DNA from: a virus
DNA: 64,000 bases
Virus record (IMG/VR): IMGVR_UViG_3300005856_000023
Coordinates: 32,001-96,000 of that record
Strand: one strand, 5' to 3'
Shown: positions 52,109-60,465 of the stretch, one piece after another
How positions within the stretch are numbered: the stretch's first letter is position 1
How the letters are laid out: every line of letters begins with the position of its first letter
Program-made: the position numbers and the translations under genes
The notes under the pieces: generated by a model
What the model was told of the DNA's origin: nothing
The model's database searches: none
The model's input: the letters and a program-made list of their open reading frames with translations, nothing else

Positions 52109-52173
52109 AATTTTAATTTTAGACAAGTTTAGACGTAGTCAAGGTTTTTTTATGATTTTTATCATGTTTCCTT

Positions 52174-52257
52174 TCATGGTAGAAAAATAGCCTGCAAGTA
52201 TGCAGAATATATGCCGTCTCCCAAGCCCGCCCCAACTATGAGATTAGCAAAGAAGGA
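52174..52257 (-). pseudogene. 3' remnant of a paralog of 48484-49242
   Basis: SFFANLIVGAGLGDGIYSAYLQAIFLP* versus SFLANLMVGAGLGDSIYLAYLQAIFNL*. Confidence 0.85.
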
Positions 52258-52259
52258 AC

Positions 52260-52560
52260 ATACTATGCGGGCAAGCAACTTCTGAAAGAGATTGAAGATG
52301 CACTGCGAGAAGGGAAAACGGAACTTGTGAATAAAGCGGTCAAATGGTGGGTCTACGATAAGCAGCTATACAGGCTAAAAACGATTGCATGGACGGAGAC
52401 TGCACATGCTTATATGAAAGCAACGGTGGAACTCATAAAGGATGAAGAAGAGATAGTGGGCTATCAGTGGAGGCTGTCAAAAAGCCATCCGAGGGCAGAT
52501 ATCTGCGATGTTTATGCAAACGTGGATTATGGGCTTGGTAGAGGCGTGCATCCAAAAAAA
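52260..52560 (+). pseudogene. internal fragment of a Mu gpF/SPP1 gp7-like head morphogenesis gene
   Basis: RLKTIAWTETAHAY...GYQWRLSKSHPRADICD.YA.VDYGLGRGVHP; no proper start or end. Confidence 0.7.
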
Positions 52561-52582
52561 ACAGTAACCCTTTCCTTCTTCT

Positions 52583-53347
52583 TCATACTAACTCTTCAGC
52601 TGATCTTTCAATACATGATTTATCATACTTTAGACGGCTTCTTATGGTATCGCTCGCTGAAATTAGACATACTTCCCTGCTCCACCATGCTTCTTCTACG
52701 CAATTCTTCAATTTCTTGTGAAGGTAGATATACCCCCACCGCTCAGGTTCATCCTCATCTATCTCCACCTTTTCTATATATTTCTTTAAAAGCAACGGGC
52801 TTATTTCATACAGCATATTCAAAAACTCTTCTATTCTACCGCTTGAGCTTTCTATTAACTTGCTATTAATATTCTTGTTCCTGTAATCAAACCAGAAAGG
52901 ATTATAAAATGTAGTATGAGGATGGAACATTCTCGGTTCTCTTTTTACCATTAAACTTTTCCATCCATCTTGTCCATCTTGATTCTTGTGTTCTGGATGC
53001 AGTAGTTTTATGAAATCTTCTAAATTCATCGCTTCATCTAGCTCTACACTTCTTAGCCTTATGTGATAATCATCAGGGAAAATATAAGAGGCAAGAGTGA
53101 TGAAATCTTCTATACGCAGATGTCCAACGCCTTTCCAGTTGCTTTTTGTGAAATTTAGACTTAGCAACCAATCCAACAAATATTCGCGATTTAATTTCCA
53201 TTTGTAAGGGTTCTTGCGCAGACTATTCCTCATAAATGTTATTTCAACATGTTTTTCTGTTAAATTAAGCTCATAATCTGGGTATTTATATTCACAGTTT
53301 GGGTCTCCACATCTGTGTGTTAGCAAAGATATGTTTACTTTTTTCAT
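52583..53347 (-). CDS. hypothetical protein
   Basis: AAGGAGGT SD 7 nt before ATG 53347. Confidence 0.75.
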   Translation of the reverse strand: MKKVNISLLTHRCGDPNCEYKYPDYELNLTEKHVEITFMRNSLRKNPYKWKLNREYLLDWLLSLNFTKSNWKGVGHLRIEDFITLASYIFPDDYHIRLRSVELDEAMNLEDFIKLLHPEHKNQDGQDGWKSLMVKREPRMFHPHTTFYNPFWFDYRNKNINSKLIESSSGRIEEFLNMLYEISPLLLKKYIEKVEIDEDEPERWGYIYLHKKLKNCVEEAWWSREVCLISASDTIRSRLKYDKSCIERSAEELV

Positions 53348-53367
53348 CTCTGACACCTCCTTGTCTG

Positions 53368-53729
53368 TTAAGCTTCTTGGTAGTGAATGCTATAGCCCTC
53401 CTCTTCATAGCCTTTCAGAAAGCCCTCCATTTCCTCTCTTTTCAGCAGATGGCATGGGTAATCTCATAAACCCTAATCCTTGAGTGATAATTCCCACCAT
53501 CATTATGCATAATCCGGTCGTATTTCCAACAATCACACGGTTCTTCTACTATCACACACTCCTCTAATACTTGTAGGTTGTCTATCAACTCCGCCAAGCC
53601 CTCATCACCATTTATCCCATACACCTCATCATACCCAAAGCTTTCCACAACCACATTGCCAAGCACTCCGCGGTCGCAATACTCTCTCATGTCCCTTTCG
53701 TATTTGCACATGGTTTGCAACTCTTTCAT
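53368..53729 (-). pseudogene. frameshifted/internally deleted hypothetical gene (ORF stops at 53442)
   Basis: Protein-like tail LLKREEMEGFLKGYEEEGYSIHYQEA* continues in another frame. Confidence 0.5.
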
Positions 53730-53813
53730 GACTTCACCTCCTCTTAAGGTTTTCATAATTTTAATTTTAGACAAGTTTTAGACTTATCATGTGTAGTATG
53801 CTTAAAGTATATT

Positions 53814-54371
53814 TTACTCAACCTGTATAGCATAAAGATCTTTTAAGTTGCGATACATGCCCATGTAATCCAAGCCATATCCGATAATCCAGATGTTTTC
53901 ATTGTCTATGGTGAACAGACTGAAATCTGGCTTGTAGACATTATCTTTAGTTACGTTTGCCAGCAATGTAGCTGTTATTATTTGTTTAGCTCCTTTATTT
54001 TGTAAATGTTCTGTTACAAAATACAATGTTTTGCCCGTTGCCACTATATCATCAAGCAATAATACAACTTGATCTTTTATATTGTGATTTATGTCTTTAA
54101 TGAATTTAATGTTTCCGGATGTGAATGAGTTTCCATAACTGCTTACTTGGATGAAATCCAAAACAACAGGTATTTTGCTGAAAGCAGATGCTACATCTAT
54201 TGTGAAATAAATTGCTCCAGTTAGTATACCGATAATGAATAGTTTATTGATATTGTTTGTAATTAATTCTCTTTCTAAGTCGTTTACAAATTCGTTAATA
54301 CTTGATGTTATTTGTTTGTTATCAATAAACAAATGAGCTAATTTACCATCAGGTAAATGTATATATGACAT
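53814..54371 (-). CDS. hpt: hypoxanthine/guanine phosphoribosyltransferase
   Basis: GILTGA, VSSYG, VLLLDDIVATGKTL, IGYGLDY...YRNL; SD AGGAGGT before ATG 54371. Confidence 0.92.
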   Translation of the reverse strand: MSYIHLPDGKLAHLFIDNKQITSSINEFVNDLERELITNNINKLFIIGILTGAIYFTIDVASAFSKIPVVLDFIQVSSYGNSFTSGNIKFIKDINHNIKDQVVLLLDDIVATGKTLYFVTEHLQNKGAKQIITATLLANVTKDNVYKPDFSLFTIDNENIWIIGYGLDYMGMYRNLKDLYAIQVE

Positions 54372-54530
54372 AGTCCACCTCCTAATGCGTTTTGTAGCAA
54401 TAACAATTTGTATATAACCTTCTCTAGCCAATCTCTCTATAAATCTTCTTTCTGTGAATGTTAATTTGGAGTGATATCTTGCAATACCGCAACGTACTTC
54501 AGGGAATTTGTACTTAGATTTCTAGCAAAT

Positions 54531-55154
54531 CTACTTGTAAACTAAAATCTCTTTGAGATCAATAACTTTAACACTATATGGTTGCATACTACAGAATCTA
54601 TCATCAGGTTTATATGCAACATATATATACATATCATCAATAATGGTGTAATATAGAGGCATAAATGTATTTGCAATAACTAGCTTATCATTTTCTACGT
54701 CATAAACTATTTCTACACTTGATCTTGGATATTTTTTTACTGATTGCATAAACCATTTGTTAATGTTCTCATAATCAATAGTCTCATATATATCAAGCAA
54801 AGCCTGACTATCAATCTTAATGTTTTTGTTTATTTGTTCTGCATTTGGTATTATTCCATGATGTGCTACATAAAATCTATTGTTTGTGTAAATATTCGGT
54901 CCATTGTATGTATTTGTTTCTGTTTCTGGTATTGCTCTACTATGTAGTAATAACAACTTAGTTGGCATATATAAATCAACTAGTGTTTTGAATGTATCAT
55001 AATCTTTGTTATGTATTAAGCGAACATTAAAATCATCATCAACAATCAATGCACTGTAATTATCTCTACCTTTTGTTGGCAATATATCAAGCATATAATC
55101 AACTAAATCAGGCTCCAAATAATTCTTGCTGTAGGATAAAACTATGTTACACAT
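54531..55154 (-). CDS. class II (Ntn) glutamine amidotransferase, Gat
   Basis: N-terminal MC, HSRA, VAHHGII, IDSQ; overlaps the queC stop. Confidence 0.85.
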   Translation of the reverse strand: MCNIVLSYSKNYLEPDLVDYMLDILPTKGRDNYSALIVDDDFNVRLIHNKDYDTFKTLVDLYMPTKLLLLHSRAIPETETNTYNGPNIYTNNRFYVAHHGIIPNAEQINKNIKIDSQALLDIYETIDYENINKWFMQSVKKYPRSSVEIVYDVENDKLVIANTFMPLYYTIIDDMYIYVAYKPDDRFCSMQPYSVKVIDLKEILVYK

Positions 55155-55965
55155 GGCTTGCTCCTAAGGTAAGTCCAAATTTCTCAAGTTTTTGTTCTAG
55201 TTTCTGTTTATCCTGTAATGCTACATCCAAGAGCATTTTAACATCTTCATAACTTACCGGTTGAGAATCAAAATCTATTTCAATAGCATAATCTATTTGA
55301 TCTTTAACTTTGGCTCTTTTGAATGCTTCTATTCTAAATCTACATGAGTTACATACTCCACATGCTAAGTTGTTAACAGGATAATAGCAAGATGTTGAAT
55401 TTTTGAAATCTGCTCCAAGATATGCTCCAATCTTTACCAATTCTGTTTTTGTGAATCTTATTGTTGGACTTATGAAGAAGATTGGTTGCTCATAGGGATA
55501 GTATGTAGTAGCAAGAAACATTTCATTCAAATTCTCAAGAAATCTATCTGTGTTATCTGGGTATGCTCCCATTTCACTAATATTGAATGCAAATGATACT
55601 ATGTTAATGTTTAATTTGCGAGCATATTGTGCTCCTATCAGTGCAAACTGTAAATTCCTGTATGGAACTAAATCTACAGGAGCCTCTCTGCCATCAGATA
55701 CATCTACATCAATATCACTATTTCCATCTGTCAATTTTGAACCAAGTATTCTATCACTAATTTTATGCGTGATTAATTTTAATCCATTTGCAGAAGCAAA
55801 TCTTTTTGTAGATTGTAATTCAGCTTCTAATGCTTTTTGTCCATAATCAATAAACAACAATATAGGTTCAATCTTGTAAATATGTTGTAATATGCTAACA
55901 TTAACAACAGAATCTAATCCTGAACTGAATAGTACAATTGCTTTTTGGTTAGTTACGTTTGTCAT
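55147..55965 (-). CDS. queC: 7-cyano-7-deazaguanine synthase
   Basis: SSGLDS, DYGQ, VPYRN, YPD, SCY..ACGVCNSC..R. Confidence 0.95.
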   Translation of the reverse strand: MTNVTNQKAIVLFSSGLDSVVNVSILQHIYKIEPILLFIDYGQKALEAELQSTKRFASANGLKLITHKISDRILGSKLTDGNSDIDVDVSDGREAPVDLVPYRNLQFALIGAQYARKLNINIVSFAFNISEMGAYPDNTDRFLENLNEMFLATTYYPYEQPIFFISPTIRFTKTELVKIGAYLGADFKNSTSCYYPVNNLACGVCNSCRFRIEAFKRAKVKDQIDYAIEIDFDSQPVSYEDVKMLLDVALQDKQKLEQKLEKFGLTLGASHV

Positions 55966-55979
55966 AATGATAAATTTAG

Positions 55980-57300
55980 TTTACCTGCTAACTATCTTAA
56001 TCCAGTAAGCAATAACATTACAATAGATGTTTCAGAGTTTTGTACAATAAAATTGCTAACGATACTAGCTATGTCTTTTCTTATGATATCCTCCCTCTTT
56101 GTTTTCTTTACAGTGAACAGAATCTAGACATGCAAACAGTATAAAACTAAATGTAAACTGCAAACGATAAGTTGTCAAAATAAATTCTCCCTCTTTTTTT
56201 GTTTGGTTTTCTAAGACTATGGACTATAAATTTAAGCACGAATGCAATCAAACTATATCATAATTGTAATAATGTAAAATGCAACTAATGATATAGAACT
56301 GCAAAAGGAAACTTGAAGATTTCCTCCCTCTTTTTGTTTTACTGAACAGTCTATAAGTAAGTTTAGGCATAGTGAATAAAACTTTTACTACACTATAGCT
56401 AAACTATATAGTAAGTATATAGACGATATTTACTATGTATGATACACATATAAAATCAGCATACATTCATAAGCAATATTCAAAATACAGAATACAAAAT
56501 ATAGACAATAAGTCAAATAAGTATATAACATACTAACAGATATTATATAACTGATTTAACAATAGTATTTCTTTGTTTTGTAATACAGTATCTATATTCT
56601 GTATTCTGTTTAATTGTTACATTGTTATCTTCTTTTTCTGATAATCTATCTGTTTTACAATAACGTTATAGATAATATGTATACTGTATTGTTATTATTC
56701 CGTTCCGATATAGTAACAATATTTATAGCTTATTTATCCTCTATACGTTATGTGTACAACATATACCAAATATATAATTTAGCATTGCATGACAAACAGT
56801 GAAATAGAAAGACAAAACAATTAACAGATCAGATACAAAACGATACAATAGTTTCTATGCAATCAAATTTTACTTTTTGTTCTTTGCAGTAGAAATTTAG
56901 CTATTGTGATTACAGATTATAAAGAAAACTATTTTCTGTTTTTTGCAAACATATAATACCGTATTCTGTTATGCTATAGATCATAATCTGTTTACAGAGA
57001 AATATTTCTTTTTTTGTCTATTGCAATAGAATTCATTTTATTTCGATACAACTGTATTTGCAATCGGATTTAAAGAATCTTTCTGCTAACAGATATTTAG
57101 AAACAGTGTATCATATACATTTAAAATGTTTTCTGCAAACAAATATATTAGACTTACATCTATTGTTTAGAAGTTTTAATGCAATGCAATTCAAAAACAG
57201 TAGATAAGAAAGCAATAAGATTTAAGAAATGTATTGCATACAAAAAAAGCAAAATATTCACTAAGTCCACTTTTATAGTATGTGTTATCAAATGTATATT
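55980..57300. other. 1.3-kb non-coding AT-rich region, candidate replication origin or genome-end region
   Basis: No credible ORF; many TGCAA motifs; inverted repeat 56486-56505/56591-56610; three CTCCCTCT(n)GTTT copies. Confidence 0.5.
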
Positions 57301-57314
57301 GTAGCTATCATTTT

Positions 57315-57845
57315 ATGTTTTCATATGAAAGTTTTGATAGCAGCATAAAAAAGATAGATAACATCATAATCTTTTTGGAGTCTAAAGGAAATAAAACAGA
57401 AAGCACAAATTTAAACAATAATGAAAACAGTTTGAAAAACAATGATTTAAGTTTAACGGATTTTAGTTTGAATGAACAAGAAAACAGTTTAAAAAACAAC
57501 GATGATAGTTTAATAGATTTGGATGCAGAGTTAGATATAAATAAAGTTCAATCCAATATAGATGATATAAGTGCTATCAATGTAAATGATATAGATGAAC
57601 AACTATATAAAGAGACATTGCTCTCAAAAATAGATTATATTGTAACTCTGATACAGATATTACATAGGAAACTAATAAATGATCTAGAGAAAAAGTATAT
57701 GTTAAAATTCTTGCAAAAAGAGTTAAGTAAAATTGCAACTGCTATGAACAGCGAAACCAGTATAAACAATGTTGATGAATATCTTGATGCTATCATTCAG
57801 AAATTGGAAGCATTTATTGCAGAGCAAATAACAAAAAAAATCTAA
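57315..57845 (+). CDS. acidic hypothetical protein, possible head/scaffold component
   Basis: AGC-N9-ATG; internal ENSLKNND duplication. Confidence 0.65.
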   Translation: MFSYESFDSSIKKIDNIIIFLESKGNKTESTNLNNNENSLKNNDLSLTDFSLNEQENSLKNNDDSLIDLDAELDINKVQSNIDDISAINVNDIDEQLYKETLLSKIDYIVTLIQILHRKLINDLEKKYMLKFLQKELSKIATAMNSETSINNVDEYLDAIIQKLEAFIAEQITKKI

Positions 57846-57854
57846 TAGTACTGG

Positions 57855-58550
57855 TTAGGTTTTATTTTTGTATACGAGTTTAACTCCATCTAGTTTCTTT
57901 ATATCTTCTGCGGTTAAATATTTGTTGTTTTTGGCTTGCTTTCTATCAACACCAAGATACATAGAACCGTTATTGAACTCTATTATTTTGTAGCGGTATA
58001 ATAAAGGTTTTAGTTTACTTAGTTTTGCTACTAATTCTTTGTCTTGCTGTAAAGCTTTAATTTTTTGTTCTGTAGCAATAACATCAAATGATATATTGTT
58101 ATTCTTTTTAGTGTTTGTTTCTGCATCCACTTTTGGTGTTTCTTCATTATTATTATTAGCAGACTCTAGGTTCAATTGTACTTGTTTGTTTTCTGTATTA
58201 CTCAATATGTAAGCAATTATACTTGGTAAAACAAGGTTAGCAAAAGGAACAAATATAGTTATTGATACTGAGAGTAAAGAGACATCTGTCCATAGTTTTG
58301 TAGTTGCAGTCATAACTAAAAACCAAACAAATGCTCCAAATGATAAAGCAATAATCTTTAGAATTAATTTACGATAATAGATAGCTACAAACGAAAAGTA
58401 TGCTGCTAATAATTCTACACCTAACGATAATGGTATTGTCTGTAACGTATGCACAGCAAAATATCTATAGACATAAACCAGATCTACAAATATGAACATG
58501 AGTATTAGTGTGTATATAGTTAAGCCAGAAATCATAAAGAATTTCTGCAT
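57855..58550 (-). CDS. membrane protein with about four N-terminal TM helices
   Basis: Four hydrophobic stretches in the first 115 aa; basic soluble C-terminus. Confidence 0.75.
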   Translation of the reverse strand: MQKFFMISGLTIYTLILMFIFVDLVYVYRYFAVHTLQTIPLSLGVELLAAYFSFVAIYYRKLILKIIALSFGAFVWFLVMTATTKLWTDVSLLSVSITIFVPFANLVLPSIIAYILSNTENKQVQLNLESANNNNEETPKVDAETNTKKNNNISFDVIATEQKIKALQQDKELVAKLSKLKPLLYRYKIIEFNNGSMYLGVDRKQAKNNKYLTAEDIKKLDGVKLVYKNKT

Positions 58551-58576
58551 TTAGTTTAGCTAATAAAAACAAAAAA

Positions 58577-59368
58577 TTATTTGTTAAATAAACTGCATTT
58601 GCTTTGATATTTACAAAACCTACATAGAGGGTTTTTTCTTGGTTCGTATTCTGATCTTAATACTTTATCTGTAAGCTCATTAATAGTCTCTAATACCTCC
58701 GTCTTACTTTTTTGTTCAGTATTATTCACTATCCTTACATCCATATCAGCAAATGATACATAGATAAAATATGATTTCTCTACATCAAATAGAGAGGTAT
58801 AAATACTTAGTTGCCAGTTATAATCATCGTAAATATATAGATTTGATAATGGTTTGCTAGTTGTTTTTAAATCAACAATTGCATTTGATAAAATAAGATC
58901 TGGTGTTAACTTGAGTATGAATTTATCATTTTCAAACAGATAAACACTTTCAACTTCTATTATTTTTTGATTAAAACTTAGTATGGCTTGAAATGCTTTC
59001 TTAGCTAAATATCCATACTCTATAGAGTCTTTAAATAACTTTTTATTCTCTATATTGTTTGTTTCTTCTAATATCTCAGCTATCGTATTATCAATAACTT
59101 CAAGCAGTAATTGATTTGTTCTTCCATTTAAACCAAATAGATATGATCTCAATAAGAATTCAACTGCCCTATGAATAATAATTCCATGTGCTAAAGCTAT
59201 ATTCCTGGGTAAGTCTAGTTTTTGTTCCTTCTGATCCATGATAAATAGTTTGAAATATAATGGACATCTCTTATACGTAAGCAATGAGTTTGTTCTCCAA
59301 AATACCTTGTTATTTTCCAATATGCTAAATCCATTACTTTTTCTATCCAGCAATCTAGAGATATTCAT
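58577..59368 (-). CDS. Cas4/AddB-like PD-(D/E)XK exonuclease with 4Fe-4S cysteines
   Basis: CP..G.IIH..PD..VDLKT..QLSIY..CRFCKY...C. Confidence 0.88.
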   Translation of the reverse strand: MNISRLLDRKSNGFSILENNKVFWRTNSLLTYKRCPLYFKLFIMDQKEQKLDLPRNIALAHGIIIHRAVEFLLRSYLFGLNGRTNQLLLEVIDNTIAEILEETNNIENKKLFKDSIEYGYLAKKAFQAILSFNQKIIEVESVYLFENDKFILKLTPDLILSNAIVDLKTTSKPLSNLYIYDDYNWQLSIYTSLFDVEKSYFIYVSFADMDVRIVNNTEQKSKTEVLETINELTDKVLRSEYEPRKNPLCRFCKYQSKCSLFNK

Positions 59369-59441
59369 AATCTCAAATTTAGCTGTGATGTCTAAACATT
59401 CATAATCAAACAATTTATACAACTAAACTAAAATTATAGTT

Positions 59442-60380
59442 ATGGGTTTGCTTGTTGAGAAATACAGACCAGATTCACTCGAACATGTTGTACTCCCTTA
59501 TTATGTAAAGGAGAAAATAAAACAAATGATTGATAGCAAGGATATACCAAATTTGCTTTTGTATGGTCCACCAGGAACAGGTAAAACAACCATAGCCAGA
59601 ATAATAATCAAAAACATTCTAACCAATGAGAAGAATGCTCTAATATTGAATGCTTCTGATGACAGAGGCATAGATGTTATACGTAACAAAATTACTCCTT
59701 TTATATCTGTTAAACCTGCAAATGATAATTTTAGGATTGTATTCATGGAAGAAGTAGGTGCACCACAGGGTGGCTTAACAATGGCAGCACAATCAGCATT
59801 ATTGAATATAATTGAAGATAAGCATACTTATGCTAGATTTATAATGACAACAAATTTTCCTGAAAGATTATTGCCATCCTTAAGATCTAGATTTGTTCAA
59901 ATAAAAATAGAAGAAATGCAAAAAAATGATATGCTTGATAGATTGAGATATATATGCGAACAAGAACAAATACAATATGATGATCAACAATTAATGAGAA
60001 TAATAAACACTACATATCCGAATATGAGAAATGCTCTACAACTATTAGAAGGATGTATTGTGCAGAGAGCAAATGTTAAGTTAATTGATGATAATCTGTT
60101 AACAAAAGCAATAGCCGAAATTTATAGTATTAATAGAATTGAACTCAGCAAACAATTCATAGTTGCATTATGGAAAAACAGAAAGAATTTCACGAAAGAA
60201 ACAATCAAAACTTTACCGTTTGTTATTGATAAAATTGAGGATATTCCTATTGAAACTGTTATGCAATTACTAGACAAGAAGGATGAACTTGAATTGATTG
60301 AGATGATGATAGATTTAAGAAAAAAGAATAAAGATGCTAGCTTGATAGATTTGATTGCTCAGATACTTAATAGTGATTAG
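59442..60380 (+). CDS. clamp loader subunit (RFC small/gp44-like)
   Basis: VEKYRP, GPPGTGKTT, LNASDDRGIDVIR, LRSRF. Confidence 0.92.
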   Translation: MGLLVEKYRPDSLEHVVLPYYVKEKIKQMIDSKDIPNLLLYGPPGTGKTTIARIIIKNILTNEKNALILNASDDRGIDVIRNKITPFISVKPANDNFRIVFMEEVGAPQGGLTMAAQSALLNIIEDKHTYARFIMTTNFPERLLPSLRSRFVQIKIEEMQKNDMLDRLRYICEQEQIQYDDQQLMRIINTTYPNMRNALQLLEGCIVQRANVKLIDDNLLTKAIAEIYSINRIELSKQFIVALWKNRKNFTKETIKTLPFVIDKIEDIPIETVMQLLDKKDELELIEMMIDLRKKNKDASLIDLIAQILNSD

Positions 60381-60439
60381 TTGATGCATTTAAAAATATT
60401 AGACTTTTTGAACCTTAAATCGTCAAGCTATAACTTCAG

Positions 60440-60465
60440 GCATGGCTTTATGCCATGCGGTTTTT
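60440..60465 (+). terminator. hairpin terminator
   Basis: GCATGGC-TTTAT-GCCATGC-GG-T5. Confidence 0.6.

Larger units (their letters stand above)
46512..53775 (-). other. hyperplastic island of horizontally acquired, SD-led genes
   Basis: Higher GC, E/K/W-rich proteins, GGAGGT before most genes, internal duplications and fragments, nearly all minus strand. Confidence 0.85.

Noticed and set aside
52327-52869. 180-aa ORF as a real gene
   Set aside because: It is a gpF-like fragment running into the antisense strand of 52583-53347
54531-55965. QatABCD-type or other QueC-based defence system
   Set aside because: QueC is canonical and accompanied by FolE, QueE and DpdA; no adjacent ATPase or TatD
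55980-57300. CRISPR array near the Cas4-like gene
   Set aside because: Only three short degenerate repeats spaced about 96 and 137 nt apart; no constant repeat-spacer period
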